The position numbers were made by a program, and so were the translations under genes. A stretch of 64,000 nucleotides of DNA from an uncultured Gemmatimonadales bacterium (GTDB lineage Bacteria; Gemmatimonadota; Gemmatimonadetes; Longimicrobiales; RSA9): the NCBI GenBank assembly GCA_963708135.1, contig OY970192.1, positions 864,001 to 928,000 of the forward strand. Reading direction: 5' to 3'. The notes beneath the pieces are model-generated. The model had not been told where the DNA came from. It was given only the letters and a program-made list of their open reading frames with translations, and ran no database searches. Below, piece by piece: positions 30,800-41,000 of the stretch. Position 1 is the stretch's first letter. Each line of letters begins with the position of its first letter.

Positions 30800-31738
30800 A
30801 TGGCGCCCCGCGCCGGGCGGGGCTGGCCCGCGCTGGTCGCGCTCACGCTGGCGACACTGGCGCTGGCCGTGGTGGATCCGCTGCTGCTGGTGACGGCGCC
30901 GCTGATCGTGATGCTCCTGGCGCTGCCGCCGCGCCGGCCGGGCCTGCTGCTGCTGGCCGCTCTGCTCGCGCTGCTGCAGTTCACGGGCGCGCACGGTGCC
31001 GGGCCGCTCTGGTTCGCCGAGCGGGGCTGGGCGCTCATGCTGGGCGCGTGGTTCGTCGTGCTGGTGGTCGCGCGGCCGCGCGCGCCGTTCTTCTCGCGCG
31101 CGCTGGGCGCGGTGGCGGCGACGGCGGCCACGGCCGCGCTGCTCTTCCTGGCCCGCCACGGCGGCTGGGCGCGGCTGGACTGGACGATGGGGCAGCGCCT
31201 GCGCGGCGGCGCCTCGGACGTGATCGCGCTGTGGACCTCGAGCGGGGGACAGTCGGTAGCCGACCCGTTCGCGTCGGCCGTCTACGCGGCGACGGACTTC
31301 CAGGTTCTGGTCTTCCCGGCGCTCGTCGGGCTGGCCTCGCTCGGCGCGATGGCGCTGGCGTGGTGGGCGTTCCGGCGGGTGGCGGCCTCGGAGACGCGGC
31401 CGCTCGGGCCGCTGCGGGAGTTCCGCTTCCGCGACGAGCTGGTCTGGGTGCTGATCGTGGGGATCGTGCTGGTCGTGGTCCCGTGGTCAGGGCACCACGC
31501 GGCGCTCCGCGCCGGCTCGAACCTGCTGACGTTCATGGGCGCGCTCTACGCGTTGCGCGGGGTGGCGGTGCTTCTCGCCCTCGCGGGCGTGCCCGGGCCG
31601 GCCGGCGTGCTGTTCGCCGCCCTGGCCACGCTGTTCCTGTACCCGCTGGTCATGACCGCGACGGTGCTCGTCGGCCTGACCGACACGTGGCTGGACCTGC
31701 GCGCGCGCCGGAAGGCGCCCTCGGGTCCGGAGTCCTGA
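30800..31738 (+). CDS. YybS/DUF2232-like membrane protein
   Basis: Multi-TM, FRFRDELVW, GLTDTWLDLR; sits between rpsR and rplI. Confidence 0.85.
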   Translation: MAPRAGRGWPALVALTLATLALAVVDPLLLVTAPLIVMLLALPPRRPGLLLLAALLALLQFTGAHGAGPLWFAERGWALMLGAWFVVLVVARPRAPFFSRALGAVAATAATAALLFLARHGGWARLDWTMGQRLRGGASDVIALWTSSGGQSVADPFASAVYAATDFQVLVFPALVGLASLGAMALAWWAFRRVAASETRPLGPLREFRFRDELVWVLIVGIVLVVVPWSGHHAALRAGSNLLTFMGALYALRGVAVLLALAGVPGPAGVLFAALATLFLYPLVMTATVLVGLTDTWLDLRARRKAPSGPES

Positions 31739-31750
31739 GGGAGTGATCCG

Positions 31751-32212
31751 ATGAAGAACGTGAAAGTCATTCTCCGCCAGAACGTGGAGAGCCTGGGCGA
31801 GGAGGGCCAGATCGTGACGGTCCGCCCCGGCTACGCGCGCAACTACCTGCTCCCGCGCGGCGTCGCCTACGAGGCGACGGCAGCCAACGTGCGGCAGCTC
31901 GAGGGCGAGCAGCGGCTGGCGGAGCAGCGCGCCAAGCGCGACTACCTGGAGGCCCGCCGGCGGGCGTCGCAGCTCGAGGACGTCTCGCTCACCTTCCACG
32001 CCCGGGCGGGCGAGGAGTCGAAGCTGTTCGGCTCGATCACGTCCGCCGACATTGCAGACCGGCTGAAGGAGCAGGAGCTGGACTTCGAGGTCGACCGCCG
32101 CCAGATCGAGCTGGACGATCCGATCAAGACCCTCGGCGTCTACTCCGTCCCGGTCAAGCTGCACGCGGACGTGAGGCCCGAGATCAAGGTGTGGGTGATC
32201 AAGGCGGACTGA
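31751..32212 (+). CDS. rplI: 50S ribosomal protein L9
   Basis: VRPGYARNYLLP, KLFGSIT, IKTLG. Confidence 0.97.
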   Translation: MKNVKVILRQNVESLGEEGQIVTVRPGYARNYLLPRGVAYEATAANVRQLEGEQRLAEQRAKRDYLEARRRASQLEDVSLTFHARAGEESKLFGSITSADIADRLKEQELDFEVDRRQIELDDPIKTLGVYSVPVKLHADVRPEIKVWVIKAD

Positions 32213-32300
32213 CCGCTCCCCGCCTCACCCCGACGGCCGGGCGGTGGCGACATGCAGGGCACGGGCGCGCGACGCTCACCGTTCCGTGTCCGCCGCCCCC

Positions 32301-32490
32301 CGTCGTGCCGCCGTCCGTAGTGCCGCCGTTAGTCGTGCCGCCGTCCGTCGTTGCCGCCGTCCGCAGTGCCGCCGTCTGTCGTGCCGCCGTTAGTCGTGCC
32401 GCCGTTAGTCGTGCCGCCGTCTGTCGTTGCCGCCGTCAGTCGTGCCGCCGTCCGTCGTTGCCGCCGTCCGTCGTTGCCGCCGTCCGTCGT
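32301..32490. repeat. 12 x 15-16-bp tandem repeat with invariant core TGCCGCCGT
   Basis: Cores at 32306, 32321, 32336, 32352, 32367, 32382, 32397, 32412, 32428, 32443, 32459, 32475. Confidence 0.92.
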
Positions 32491-32569
32491 CCCCCCTGTC
32501 GTCATCTCCCCCCCTCACACGTTATATTATCCCGTCCAACCCTCCTGCTGACCCTGACCCCGGATCTGC

Positions 32570-32962
32570 ATGGCCCGACCCGACAACACGGCTCCCGAGG
32601 CCGCCGCGCTGGCGGATCTGGAGCTCTCGCCCGAGCTCGCGCTCGTCCTGGAGGCCGCCGTCGAGCGCAAGGCGCGGGACGTGCTGCTGCTCGATCTGCG
32701 GCCGGTCTCGAACGCCACCGACTATTTCGTGATCGTGACGGGGACCTCCGACATCCACGTCCGCTCGATCGCCGAGCACATCGTGGAGGAGCTGAAGAAG
32801 GAGGGCTACCGGCCCGACCACGCGGAGGGACTGCGCGGCGGGCACTGGGTGCTGCTCGACTTCATCGACTTCGTGGTCCACGTTTTCCACCCTGCCGCGC
32901 GCGAGTTCTACCAGCTCGAGCGGCTGTGGGGCGACGCACCCGCGTACCCGATCGAGGGCTGA
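32570..32962 (+). CDS. rsfS: Ribosome silencing factor
   Basis: KARDV, TDYFVI, WVLLDF.D.VVHVF...REFYQLERLW. Confidence 0.95.
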   Translation: MARPDNTAPEAAALADLELSPELALVLEAAVERKARDVLLLDLRPVSNATDYFVIVTGTSDIHVRSIAEHIVEELKKEGYRPDHAEGLRGGHWVLLDFIDFVVHVFHPAAREFYQLERLWGDAPAYPIEG

Positions 32963-32970
32963 GCTCCGCC

Positions 32971-35900
32971 GTGCGCCCGCGCCGCTTCCTCGTCGCCTTC
33001 CTCGGGCTCCTGCTGCCGCTCCTCGCGGTGGGGCAGGCGCGCGCGCAGCAGTACTTCGGCCGCAACAAGGTCCAGTACCGCTCCTTCGACTTCAAGGTCA
33101 TCCGGACCGAGCACTTCGACGTCTACTTCTACCCGCAGGAGCGGGAGGCGGCGCTCGACGCGGCGCGCATGGCGGAGCGCTCCTATGCCCGGCTGTCGCG
33201 CGTCCTGCAGCACGAGTTCAGGGAGCGGAAGCCGATCATCCTCTACGCCTCGCACGCGGAGTTCCAGCAGACCAACGCCATTCCGAGCTTCATCGACGAG
33301 AGCACGGGCGGGGTCACGGAGCCGCTGAAGAACCGGGTGATCGTACCGTTCACGGGCGACTATGCGGACTTCGAGCACGTGCTCACGCACGAGCTGGTGC
33401 ACGCCTTCCAGTTCGATATCCTGATGCGCCGCGGCATGCCCGACACCAGCCCGATGGTCGGCCGGCTGCCGCTCTGGTACATGGAGGGAATGGCGGAGTA
33501 CCTCTCGATCGGCCGCATCGACCCGCAGACCGTCTCCTGGCTGCGCGACGCCGTGCTGTCCGGCTACATCCGCGACATCGCCCAGATGAACCGGGCCGAC
33601 GACTACCTCTCCTACCGCTTCGGGCAGTCGCTCTGGGAGTACATCGGCAGGAAATGGGGCGACGAGGTCATCGGCATCATCCTGCAGAAGACGCCGCGCA
33701 TCGGCATCGAGAGAGCGTTCCGCACCACGCTCGGCCTCTCGCTCGGCGATCTCAGCGCGGAGTGGATGACGAGCCTGCGCAAGACCTACCTGCCGCAGGT
33801 CGCCGACTACCAGCGGCCGGACGTCTTCGCGGAGAAGCTGACGCACCACGACCGGCTGGAGGACCCGTGGTACGTGGCGCCCGCGCTCGCGCCCGACGGC
33901 CGCACGATGGTCTACGTCTCGCAGCGGGGCGGCTTCTCCTTCGACCTCTGGCTTGCGGACCCGCACACGGGCGAGCCGCTCCACCGCCTCGTCACCGCGG
34001 AGCGGAACGGCGGCCTCGAGTCGCTCCGCTTCATGAGCTCGTCTGCCGCCTTCTCGCCCGACAGCCGCTTCGTGGCCTTCGCCGCGCAGACCGGCGGGCG
34101 GGACGCGCTCTACATCTACGACATCGCCCACGACCGCATCATCCGCAAGCTGCGCTTCCGGCTGAACGGCATCGCGCACCCGAGCTGGTCGCCGCGCGGC
34201 GACCGCATCGTCTTCAGCGGCAACGACGGCGGCATCACGGACCTGTTCATCACCGACCTGGACGGCCGGCTGAAGCGGCTCACGGATGACCGCTATGCGG
34301 ACCTCACCCCCTCCTGGGCGCCGGACGGCAGCGCCATCGCCTTCAGCACCGACCGCGGGCCGGGCGCCGACTTCGACCGCCTGCGCTACGGCAACCTGCG
34401 GGTCGCGCTCTACTATCCGGCTACCGGCGAGATCGAGGTGCTGCCACACCAGGAGCGGGGCAAGAACCTGAACCCTGTCTGGGCCCCGGACTCGCGCTCC
34501 CTCGCCTGGGTGGGCGACCGCACCGGCAATGACAACCTCTACCTGTTCGACCTGGCGAGCGCCGCCCTCTCGCGCGTGAGCAACGTGCTCTCCGGCGTCA
34601 TCGCCGTCACGCCCCTCTCCCCCGTGCTCTCCTGGGGCGCGGGCGGCCGCCTGCTGTTCGTCTACTTCGAGCGGGCCGGCTACAACATCTACGCGGTGGA
34701 CGACCCCCGCGCGCTGCCGCGCTTCCCCGTGGACTCGACCGGCCCGGCGCTGCTCGCCGCCGGGCCTGGCCACGCCGCAGGCGACGGCGGCGCAGCCGGC
34801 TCGCCGGCCACGGCCGCAGCCGCCTCGCCCGCCGCGGGCTCCGCCTCGGCGGTCCCACTCGACCCCGGCGCCGTGCGCGCGGCGCCGGGCGAGGTGCCGA
34901 TGCACCTGGTGCTGCCGTTCGACAGCACGGCGCTGGACGGCATGGCGCCGGCCACCCCGATCGACCGGCTGAGCGCCTCCTGGTACCACGGCAAGGACGG
35001 CTTCCGGCCGAGCTCGGAGACGCCGCCTTCACTGGCCGCCGCCGGCGGGGCGGGGGAGCGGCCCGTTTCCGTCCTCGCGCTCATGGACAGCGTGAGCACC
35101 ACGCTGCCGGACACGACCACGTTCCGCATCCGGCCCTATAAGGTGAAGTTCACGGCCGACATGATCGGGCGTCCCACGGTCGGCGCGCAGGTGGGCGGCT
35201 ACTACGGCAACGGCCTTTACGGCGGCAGCTACATCGCGCTCTCCGACATCCTCGGCAACCAGAACATCCTGGTGGCCGGCAACGTGAACGGCTCCTTCTC
35301 GGACGCGCAGTTCTTCGCCGGCTACGCGTTCCTGAAGAAGCGCGCGAACCTGACCGCCACGCTCGAGCAGATTCCGCTCTACCGCTACTATGGCGGCGGC
35401 TACCTGACGGTGGACAACGCCGGGCAGCCGCGCGACGCCGTGGCCAATGTGTTCCTGCGGGACGTGATCCGGGCTGCGGCCCTGAACGTGAGCTATCCGT
35501 TCAGCGCGTTCCGGCGGCTGGAGCTCGGCCTCACCGGCATGTACTACAAGAGCGACATCCTCTACCGCGGCTATTATCCCGACAACGGCGAGATCCTGAA
35601 CCGGACCGACCGGCTCGACCAGATGAGCTTCGCGCAGCCGATGGCGGCGCTCGTCTTCGACAACACGCTGTTCGGCTGGACGGGTCCGATCTACGGCCAC
35701 CGCTACCGGCTGCAGCTCTCGCGCACCTTCGGCGACTTCGCCTATACGGAGGCGCTGGCGGACGTGCGCAACTACTTCAACATCAAGCGCTCCGTCGTCT
35801 TCGCCTCCCAGCTCTTCACGCTCTCGCGCTTCGGCTCCGACGCCGACCGCTTCCTCCTCTTCTGGGGCGGGCCCTACTTCATCCGCGGCTACGACGGCGG

Positions 35901-36375
35901 CTCCTTCGACCCCACCTCGAAGGAGTGCGCGGACAGCCAGAGCTTCGGCGATGTGGGCTCCGCCTCGCCCTGCCCCGTGCGCGACCAGCTCATCGGCTCC
36001 AGCGCGGCGCTCATGAACCTCGAGCTCCGTTTCCCGATCATCAAGGAGCTCGACATCGGCCCGATCGGCTCCTTCCCGCCCGTCGACCTCGTGACCTTCT
36101 TCGACGGCGGCGTGGCCTGGAGCGACCGGGTCTGCCTCCAGGTCGACTACACGCTCGGCAGCCAGTGCGTCTCCGGACAGGACCACCCCGTGCACATCGT
36201 CTGGGACCGCAAATCCGGCCAGGACCCGCTCTACTGGCGCGAGCCGCTCTTCAGCTGGGGCCTCGGGCTGCGCTTCAACATCTTCTACACTGTGCTGCGC
36301 CTCGATTACGCCTTCCCCCTCGACCGACCCGACCGCCACGGCATCTTCTCGCTCTCCTTCGGTCCCTCCTTCTGA
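32971..36375 (+). CDS. Omp85/BamA-TamA superfamily protein with N-terminal zinc-metallopeptidase-like and PD40 beta-propeller domains
   Basis: Signal peptide, FGRNKVQY, HELVH..WYMEG.AEY, SWSP/WAPD repeats, IRGY, C-terminal LRLDYA...FSLSFGPSF. Confidence 0.85.
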   Translation: MRPRRFLVAFLGLLLPLLAVGQARAQQYFGRNKVQYRSFDFKVIRTEHFDVYFYPQEREAALDAARMAERSYARLSRVLQHEFRERKPIILYASHAEFQQTNAIPSFIDESTGGVTEPLKNRVIVPFTGDYADFEHVLTHELVHAFQFDILMRRGMPDTSPMVGRLPLWYMEGMAEYLSIGRIDPQTVSWLRDAVLSGYIRDIAQMNRADDYLSYRFGQSLWEYIGRKWGDEVIGIILQKTPRIGIERAFRTTLGLSLGDLSAEWMTSLRKTYLPQVADYQRPDVFAEKLTHHDRLEDPWYVAPALAPDGRTMVYVSQRGGFSFDLWLADPHTGEPLHRLVTAERNGGLESLRFMSSSAAFSPDSRFVAFAAQTGGRDALYIYDIAHDRIIRKLRFRLNGIAHPSWSPRGDRIVFSGNDGGITDLFITDLDGRLKRLTDDRYADLTPSWAPDGSAIAFSTDRGPGADFDRLRYGNLRVALYYPATGEIEVLPHQERGKNLNPVWAPDSRSLAWVGDRTGNDNLYLFDLASAALSRVSNVLSGVIAVTPLSPVLSWGAGGRLLFVYFERAGYNIYAVDDPRALPRFPVDSTGPALLAAGPGHAAGDGGAAGSPATAAAASPAAGSASAVPLDPGAVRAAPGEVPMHLVLPFDSTALDGMAPATPIDRLSASWYHGKDGFRPSSETPPSLAAAGGAGERPVSVLALMDSVSTTLPDTTTFRIRPYKVKFTADMIGRPTVGAQVGGYYGNGLYGGSYIALSDILGNQNILVAGNVNGSFSDAQFFAGYAFLKKRANLTATLEQIPLYRYYGGGYLTVDNAGQPRDAVANVFLRDVIRAAALNVSYPFSAFRRLELGLTGMYYKSDILYRGYYPDNGEILNRTDRLDQMSFAQPMAALVFDNTLFGWTGPIYGHRYRLQLSRTFGDFAYTEALADVRNYFNIKRSVVFASQLFTLSRFGSDADRFLLFWGGPYFIRGYDGGSFDPTSKECADSQSFGDVGSASPCPVRDQLIGSSAALMNLELRFPIIKELDIGPIGSFPPVDLVTFFDGGVAWSDRVCLQVDYTLGSQCVSGQDHPVHIVWDRKSGQDPLYWREPLFSWGLGLRFNIFYTVLRLDYAFPLDRPDRHGIFSLSFGPSF

Positions 36376-36404
36376 GGGCCGGGCCCTTTCGATGGTCCGC
36401 CCTC
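36374..36404 (+). terminator. Stem-loop after the Omp85-family gene
   Basis: GAGGGC..GGGCC/GGTCC..GCCCTC imperfect stem. Confidence 0.4.
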
Positions 36405-36496
36405 CGGCTTATCATTGACACCTTGCGAACAGCCGCCATCCCTCCCCGACGAGCCAGGGGTCTGCCGGCCGGAATGACCATCGCCGCCTCGCACCG

Positions 36497-38092
36497 ATGA
36501 GCCTCACCCCGTGGCGCCTCGCGGTGCCGTTCGATCCCGCATCCGGCGCCCTGCCCGCCGAGCTCCGCGAGCTCATCGAGCCGGCGGCCGCCACCGCGCC
36601 CGTGGTGCTTCTCGTGGCCGGCCCCGAGGCCCGCCGCTCGGGCTGGGCCCCGGGCGCCGCGCTCGCGCTCGCGCGCGCCTGGGACGGCGTGGCTCCCGGC
36701 GTCGTGCTGGCCGATCTCGCCGTCGGCGCCGCGCACCTCCACGAGCTCGCCGGCGTGCCCAACGACGAGGGGCTCGCCGATGTCTTCCTCTTCGGCGCCT
36801 CCATCCGCCACGTCCGCCACCGCGTGCCGGGCGAGCCGTTCGCGCTGATCCCCGCCGGCGTCGCGCCCGCGGAGATCGAGACCGTGCTCCGCCACCCACG
36901 CTGGCAGAGCGTCGTGGCCGAGTTCTTCCGGACGGAGGAGGCGCTCCTCGTCTACGTCCCCGCCGAGGCCCCCGGCCTGGACGAGCTCGCGCGCCGGATC
37001 GGCTGCGGCCTCGCGCTGGTCGCCCCCGGCGACGACTGGACCCTCGCGGCCGTGTTCCCCGAGGAGTTCGTCGTGCTCCATACGCTCGGGGCGCCGGAGG
37101 AGCAGCGTGCCGGCGCGGCCGGGGCGGCGGAGCCTTCGGAAAGGGAGGCGCCGGTCGCGGCCGAAATCTCGGCGGAGTCGGCGGAACAGCCGGGGCCGGG
37201 GGCGGAGGTGGAGACAGAGGCCGAAGCCGGCGCGGCGCGGCCCGATTCGCACGGGGCGCTGGTGGACGCGCTCTGGGCACGGCGGGCGGGTGGCGCGGAG
37301 GCGGCACGCGAGGCGGCGGCCGTGAAGCCGGACGTGGTGGCGGGGCGCGCGGTGACGGAGGAAGAGCTGCTCGACGAGCCGCCGCCCGCGGAGCGGGAGC
37401 CGGTGGGCCGGCGGCGGGGCGTGAGCCTGCTTCTCTGGCTCGCCCTCGGCGCGGCCGTGGCGCTCGGGATCGTCTTCGGCGCGCAGGAGTACTTCGGCTA
37501 CGACGTGCTGGGGCGGCTGTCCGGCGGCGGGGATGCCCCGGCTGAGAGCATGGCGCCGCTGGTCCGGGCGGCGCCGCCGCCGCACGCGCTGGCGCGGCCG
37601 CTTCCCTATTCGGTGGCGATCGAGGCGCGCCGCTCCTACGCCTCGGCGCTGGCGCGGCTCGGGGAGCTAGAGAAGGTGGAGCCCGGGATGCAGTTCTTCG
37701 TCTCGCCGATCCTGGCGGGCAACGCGCTCTACTACCGCATCATGGCGGGGCCGGTGGCGGACAGCACGGCGGCCGCGGTGCTCATGCAGCGCCTGCTCGA
37801 TGCCGGCGTGAAGACGGGCGCCAGCCAGTGGGACATCCGGCCCACGCCCTGGTCGTTCCTGCTCGGCGAGTTCGCTTCGCGCGACGCGGCCGCCGCGCAC
37901 GCCGACTCGCTCGGGACCCGGAACATCCCCAGCTACGTCGTGCAGGTCCCCTACTCCGCGGGCCCGCCGCGCTGGCGCCTCTACGGCGGCGCGTTCGAGG
38001 GGCCGGCCCAGGCGGAGGCGTTGCGCCCGCTCCTGCGCGGCGCCGGCGTCCCCGATACCCTGGTCGAGCGAACGGGTCGTAGCGAATCATGA
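36497..38092 (+). CDS. Degenerate MinD/Wzc-like domain + acidic linker + TM + SPOR-like domains
   Basis: VVLADL..LHELAGVPNDEGLADV..LIPAG; single TM; YYRIMAGP and WRLYGGAF SPOR-like strands. Confidence 0.7.
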   Translation: MSLTPWRLAVPFDPASGALPAELRELIEPAAATAPVVLLVAGPEARRSGWAPGAALALARAWDGVAPGVVLADLAVGAAHLHELAGVPNDEGLADVFLFGASIRHVRHRVPGEPFALIPAGVAPAEIETVLRHPRWQSVVAEFFRTEEALLVYVPAEAPGLDELARRIGCGLALVAPGDDWTLAAVFPEEFVVLHTLGAPEEQRAGAAGAAEPSEREAPVAAEISAESAEQPGPGAEVETEAEAGAARPDSHGALVDALWARRAGGAEAAREAAAVKPDVVAGRAVTEEELLDEPPPAEREPVGRRRGVSLLLWLALGAAVALGIVFGAQEYFGYDVLGRLSGGGDAPAESMAPLVRAAPPPHALARPLPYSVAIEARRSYASALARLGELEKVEPGMQFFVSPILAGNALYYRIMAGPVADSTAAAVLMQRLLDAGVKTGASQWDIRPTPWSFLLGEFASRDAAAAHADSLGTRNIPSYVVQVPYSAGPPRWRLYGGAFEGPAQAEALRPLLRGAGVPDTLVERTGRSES

Positions 38093-41000
38093 AGCTCCGC
38101 CGCCTCAGCCTCCACGGCTTCAAGTCCTTTGCCGACCACACCCACCTCGACTTCCACGAGGGCATCACGGCCATCGTGGGGCCGAACGGGTGCGGCAAGT
38201 CGAACATCAGCGACGCCATCCGCTGGGTGCTCGGTGAGCAGCGCGCCTCGGCGATCCGCGGCTCCAAGATGGAGGAGGCGATCTTTCAGGGCACGACGGA
38301 GCGGCGTGCGGTGAACCGCGCCGAGGTCTCGCTCCTCTTCTCCAACCTCGAGAAGCGCCTTGCCCTGCCGCACGACGAGGTGGAGATCCGCCGTACCGTC
38401 TTCCGCGAGGGCGGCAGCGACTACGCCCTGAACCGGACCGCCTGCCGGCTGCGCGACATCTACGACCTGTTCCGCGACACCGGGCTCGGCACCAACGCCT
38501 ACGCCGTCATCGAGCAGGGGATGGTGGACTCCATCCTGTCCGAGCGCGCCGACGAGCGCCGCCACATGTTCGAGGAGGCCGCCGGCATCGGCCGCTACAA
38601 GGACCGCCGCAAGGCTGCGCAGCGCCGCCTGGACGCCGCCGAGGCCGACCTGAACCGGCTGGAGGACCTGCTCACGGAGGTCGAGTCGAAGGTCCGCTCG
38701 CTCAAGCGGCAGAAGAACCGCGCCGAGAAGTATCAGGAGCTGCGCACCCGCCGGCTTTCGCTCGAGGTGCGCGTGGCCTCGGACCAGCTCGAGGATGCGC
38801 GCCGCCGCCTGGCCGAGACCACGGCGCGCCTGGAGCGCCTCGCGCAGGACGAGCCGTCCGCGCGCGCCGCGCTCGCCACCGCCGAGACCGAGCTCGAGCG
38901 GCTCCGCCTCGAGGCCGGCGAGCTCGCCCGCGAGCGCGGCGTGGTGGCGCAGAAGGTCGAGGAGGCCACGCGCGCTATCGCCGGACGGGAGCGCGAGCTG
39001 GCGGTGGCGGACGAGCGGCGCGCGGGCGCCGAGCGCCGGCTCCAGCAGATCGCCATCGAGCGGGCCGAGCTCGCCGCGCGCGCCACGGACCTCGATGCCG
39101 CGCTGGAGACGCTCGAGGCCGAGGTGGCCGATGAGCGCTCCACGCTCGCCGCGCGCGCCGCCGCGGTGGAGCGCGCGCACGCCCGGCAGACGGACCTGCG
39201 GGCCGAGCTCGCGCGCGTTCGGCGCGCCGAGGAGGAGGCCCGCACGCGGGAGACGGAGCTGACGCGTCGCCTGGCGCGCCTCGAGGCGGACGCCTCCGCC
39301 GCCGACGTGCGCGCGCTGGAGGCGGAGTCCCGGCTGGAGCAGCTCGGCGGGGAGGCGGAGGAGCTGGCGGGCGAGGTGGCGCGGCTCGACGACCAGGGGG
39401 ACCTCTTCGCCTCGCGCACGCATGAGCTGACGGCCGCCAAGGCGCGCCTGGAGAAGGAGGTTGCCGGGCAGCAGGCCTCGCTCGAGCGGCTGCGCGCGGA
39501 CGAGATGGCCGAGCGGCGCGCGCTCTCGGAGGCGGAGGACCGGGTGGGCCGGCTGAACGCGCGCCTGGCGGCGCTCGACGCCCTCGAGCGGGACCACCAC
39601 GGCTTCGCGCCCGCCGTGGCCGCCGCCCTCGATGCGCGCGCCGAGCTCGAGGGGCTAAAGGGGCCGCTGGCGGAGTACCTCGACCTGCCGCCCGAGCGCG
39701 CCGCCGCCGTGGAGGGGACGCTCGGGTCGCTGCTCCAGGCGCTGGTCGTGGACGACGATGCGGCCGCCGACCGCATCCGCCTCTGGCTCACCGGCGCGCA
39801 CGCGCAGAAGGGCGCGCTGGCGCTGATCCAGGAGGCCGGCCTGCCGCGCGTGGCCGCGCTCCTCGAGGTCATCGAGTTCGTCGGCCGGCCGCCCGAGGAG
39901 CCCGTGCTCATCGGCCGCCGCGAGCGCCTCATCCGACTCCGCAGCGAGGCAGCCCACGGTGCCGGCGAGCGCGACGCGCGCGCCGAGGCCCGCGCGGCCG
40001 CGGCGGAGCGCATCGCGGAGGCCGAGGTCGAGCTGCGCGCCGCCGCCGTCCGTCTCCAGGAGGCGGACCTGGAGCTCCGCCGCGCCGAGTCCGACGAGGC
40101 CGCCCGCCGCGGCGAGTGGACTCGTGCCAGCCGAGCCCGGGACGAGCTCTCCCACAGGCGCGAGCAGCTGCGCGGGACGATCCAGGCGGCCCGCGACGCG
40201 GCCATCGCCGCCCGTGAGGAGCACGCGCGCGTTCTGGCCGAGCTCGAGGCGGGCGAGGACCGGCCGACGGATCACGCCGGCGTGGCCAGTGAGCTAGAGG
40301 CGGCGTGGCAGGCCGCGAGTGATGCCGAGGCGGAGGTCCGTATCGGCCACGCGCGCACCGAGGCGGCCGTGGCCGCGCTCGAGCGGCGGATCGCCGGGGC
40401 GCGCGAGTCGATCCAGCAGGCGGAGCGGCGGACGGCCGCGCTGGCCGCGGAGGACGCCGGCATGCGCGCCGAGCTGGAGCACCTCTCCGAGCTGCGCTCC
40501 GGCGCCGGCGAGGACCTGGAGGCGCTGTTCGGCCACCGCGATGCCGGCGCCGCCGAGCTGCGGGCGCTGGACGAGCGTCACGCCGCCGCCGCCGGGCGGC
40601 TGGAGGCGCTCGAGTCCGAGGCGCGCGCGCTCCGGCGCAGCACGGAGGAGAAGGCGGAGGACCGGCACCGCCTCGAGCTGGAGAAGGCGGAGGCGGGCGC
40701 CGCGGAGCGGAGCGTGCGGGAGCGGCTGGAGGCGGAGTGGGGGCGCCCCTACGCCCAGCTCGTCGCCCGGGCGGAGCCCGTCGAGGGCGACCCCGAGGTG
40801 CTCAGGGCCGAGCTCCACGCGCTGGCCGCTGACATCGAGCGCCTGGGCCCGATCAACATGCTGGCCGTCGAGGAGTTCGGCGAGGAGAGCGCGCGGCTCG
40901 AGTTTCTGACGGCGCAGCGGCAGGATTTGGTCAAGGCGCGCGACGACCTCCAGACCGCGATCCGCCAGATCAACCGCACCGCGCGGCAGCTCTTCGCCGA

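Noticed and set aside
32191..32970. N-terminal 260 aa of the 1394-aa ORF
   Set aside because: Runs through the tandem repeat and overlaps rsfS in another frame; the signal peptide starts at GTG 32971.
36415..36445. Promoter at the perfect TTGACA upstream of the SPOR gene
   Set aside because: No convincing -10 hexamer at 16-18 bp spacing.
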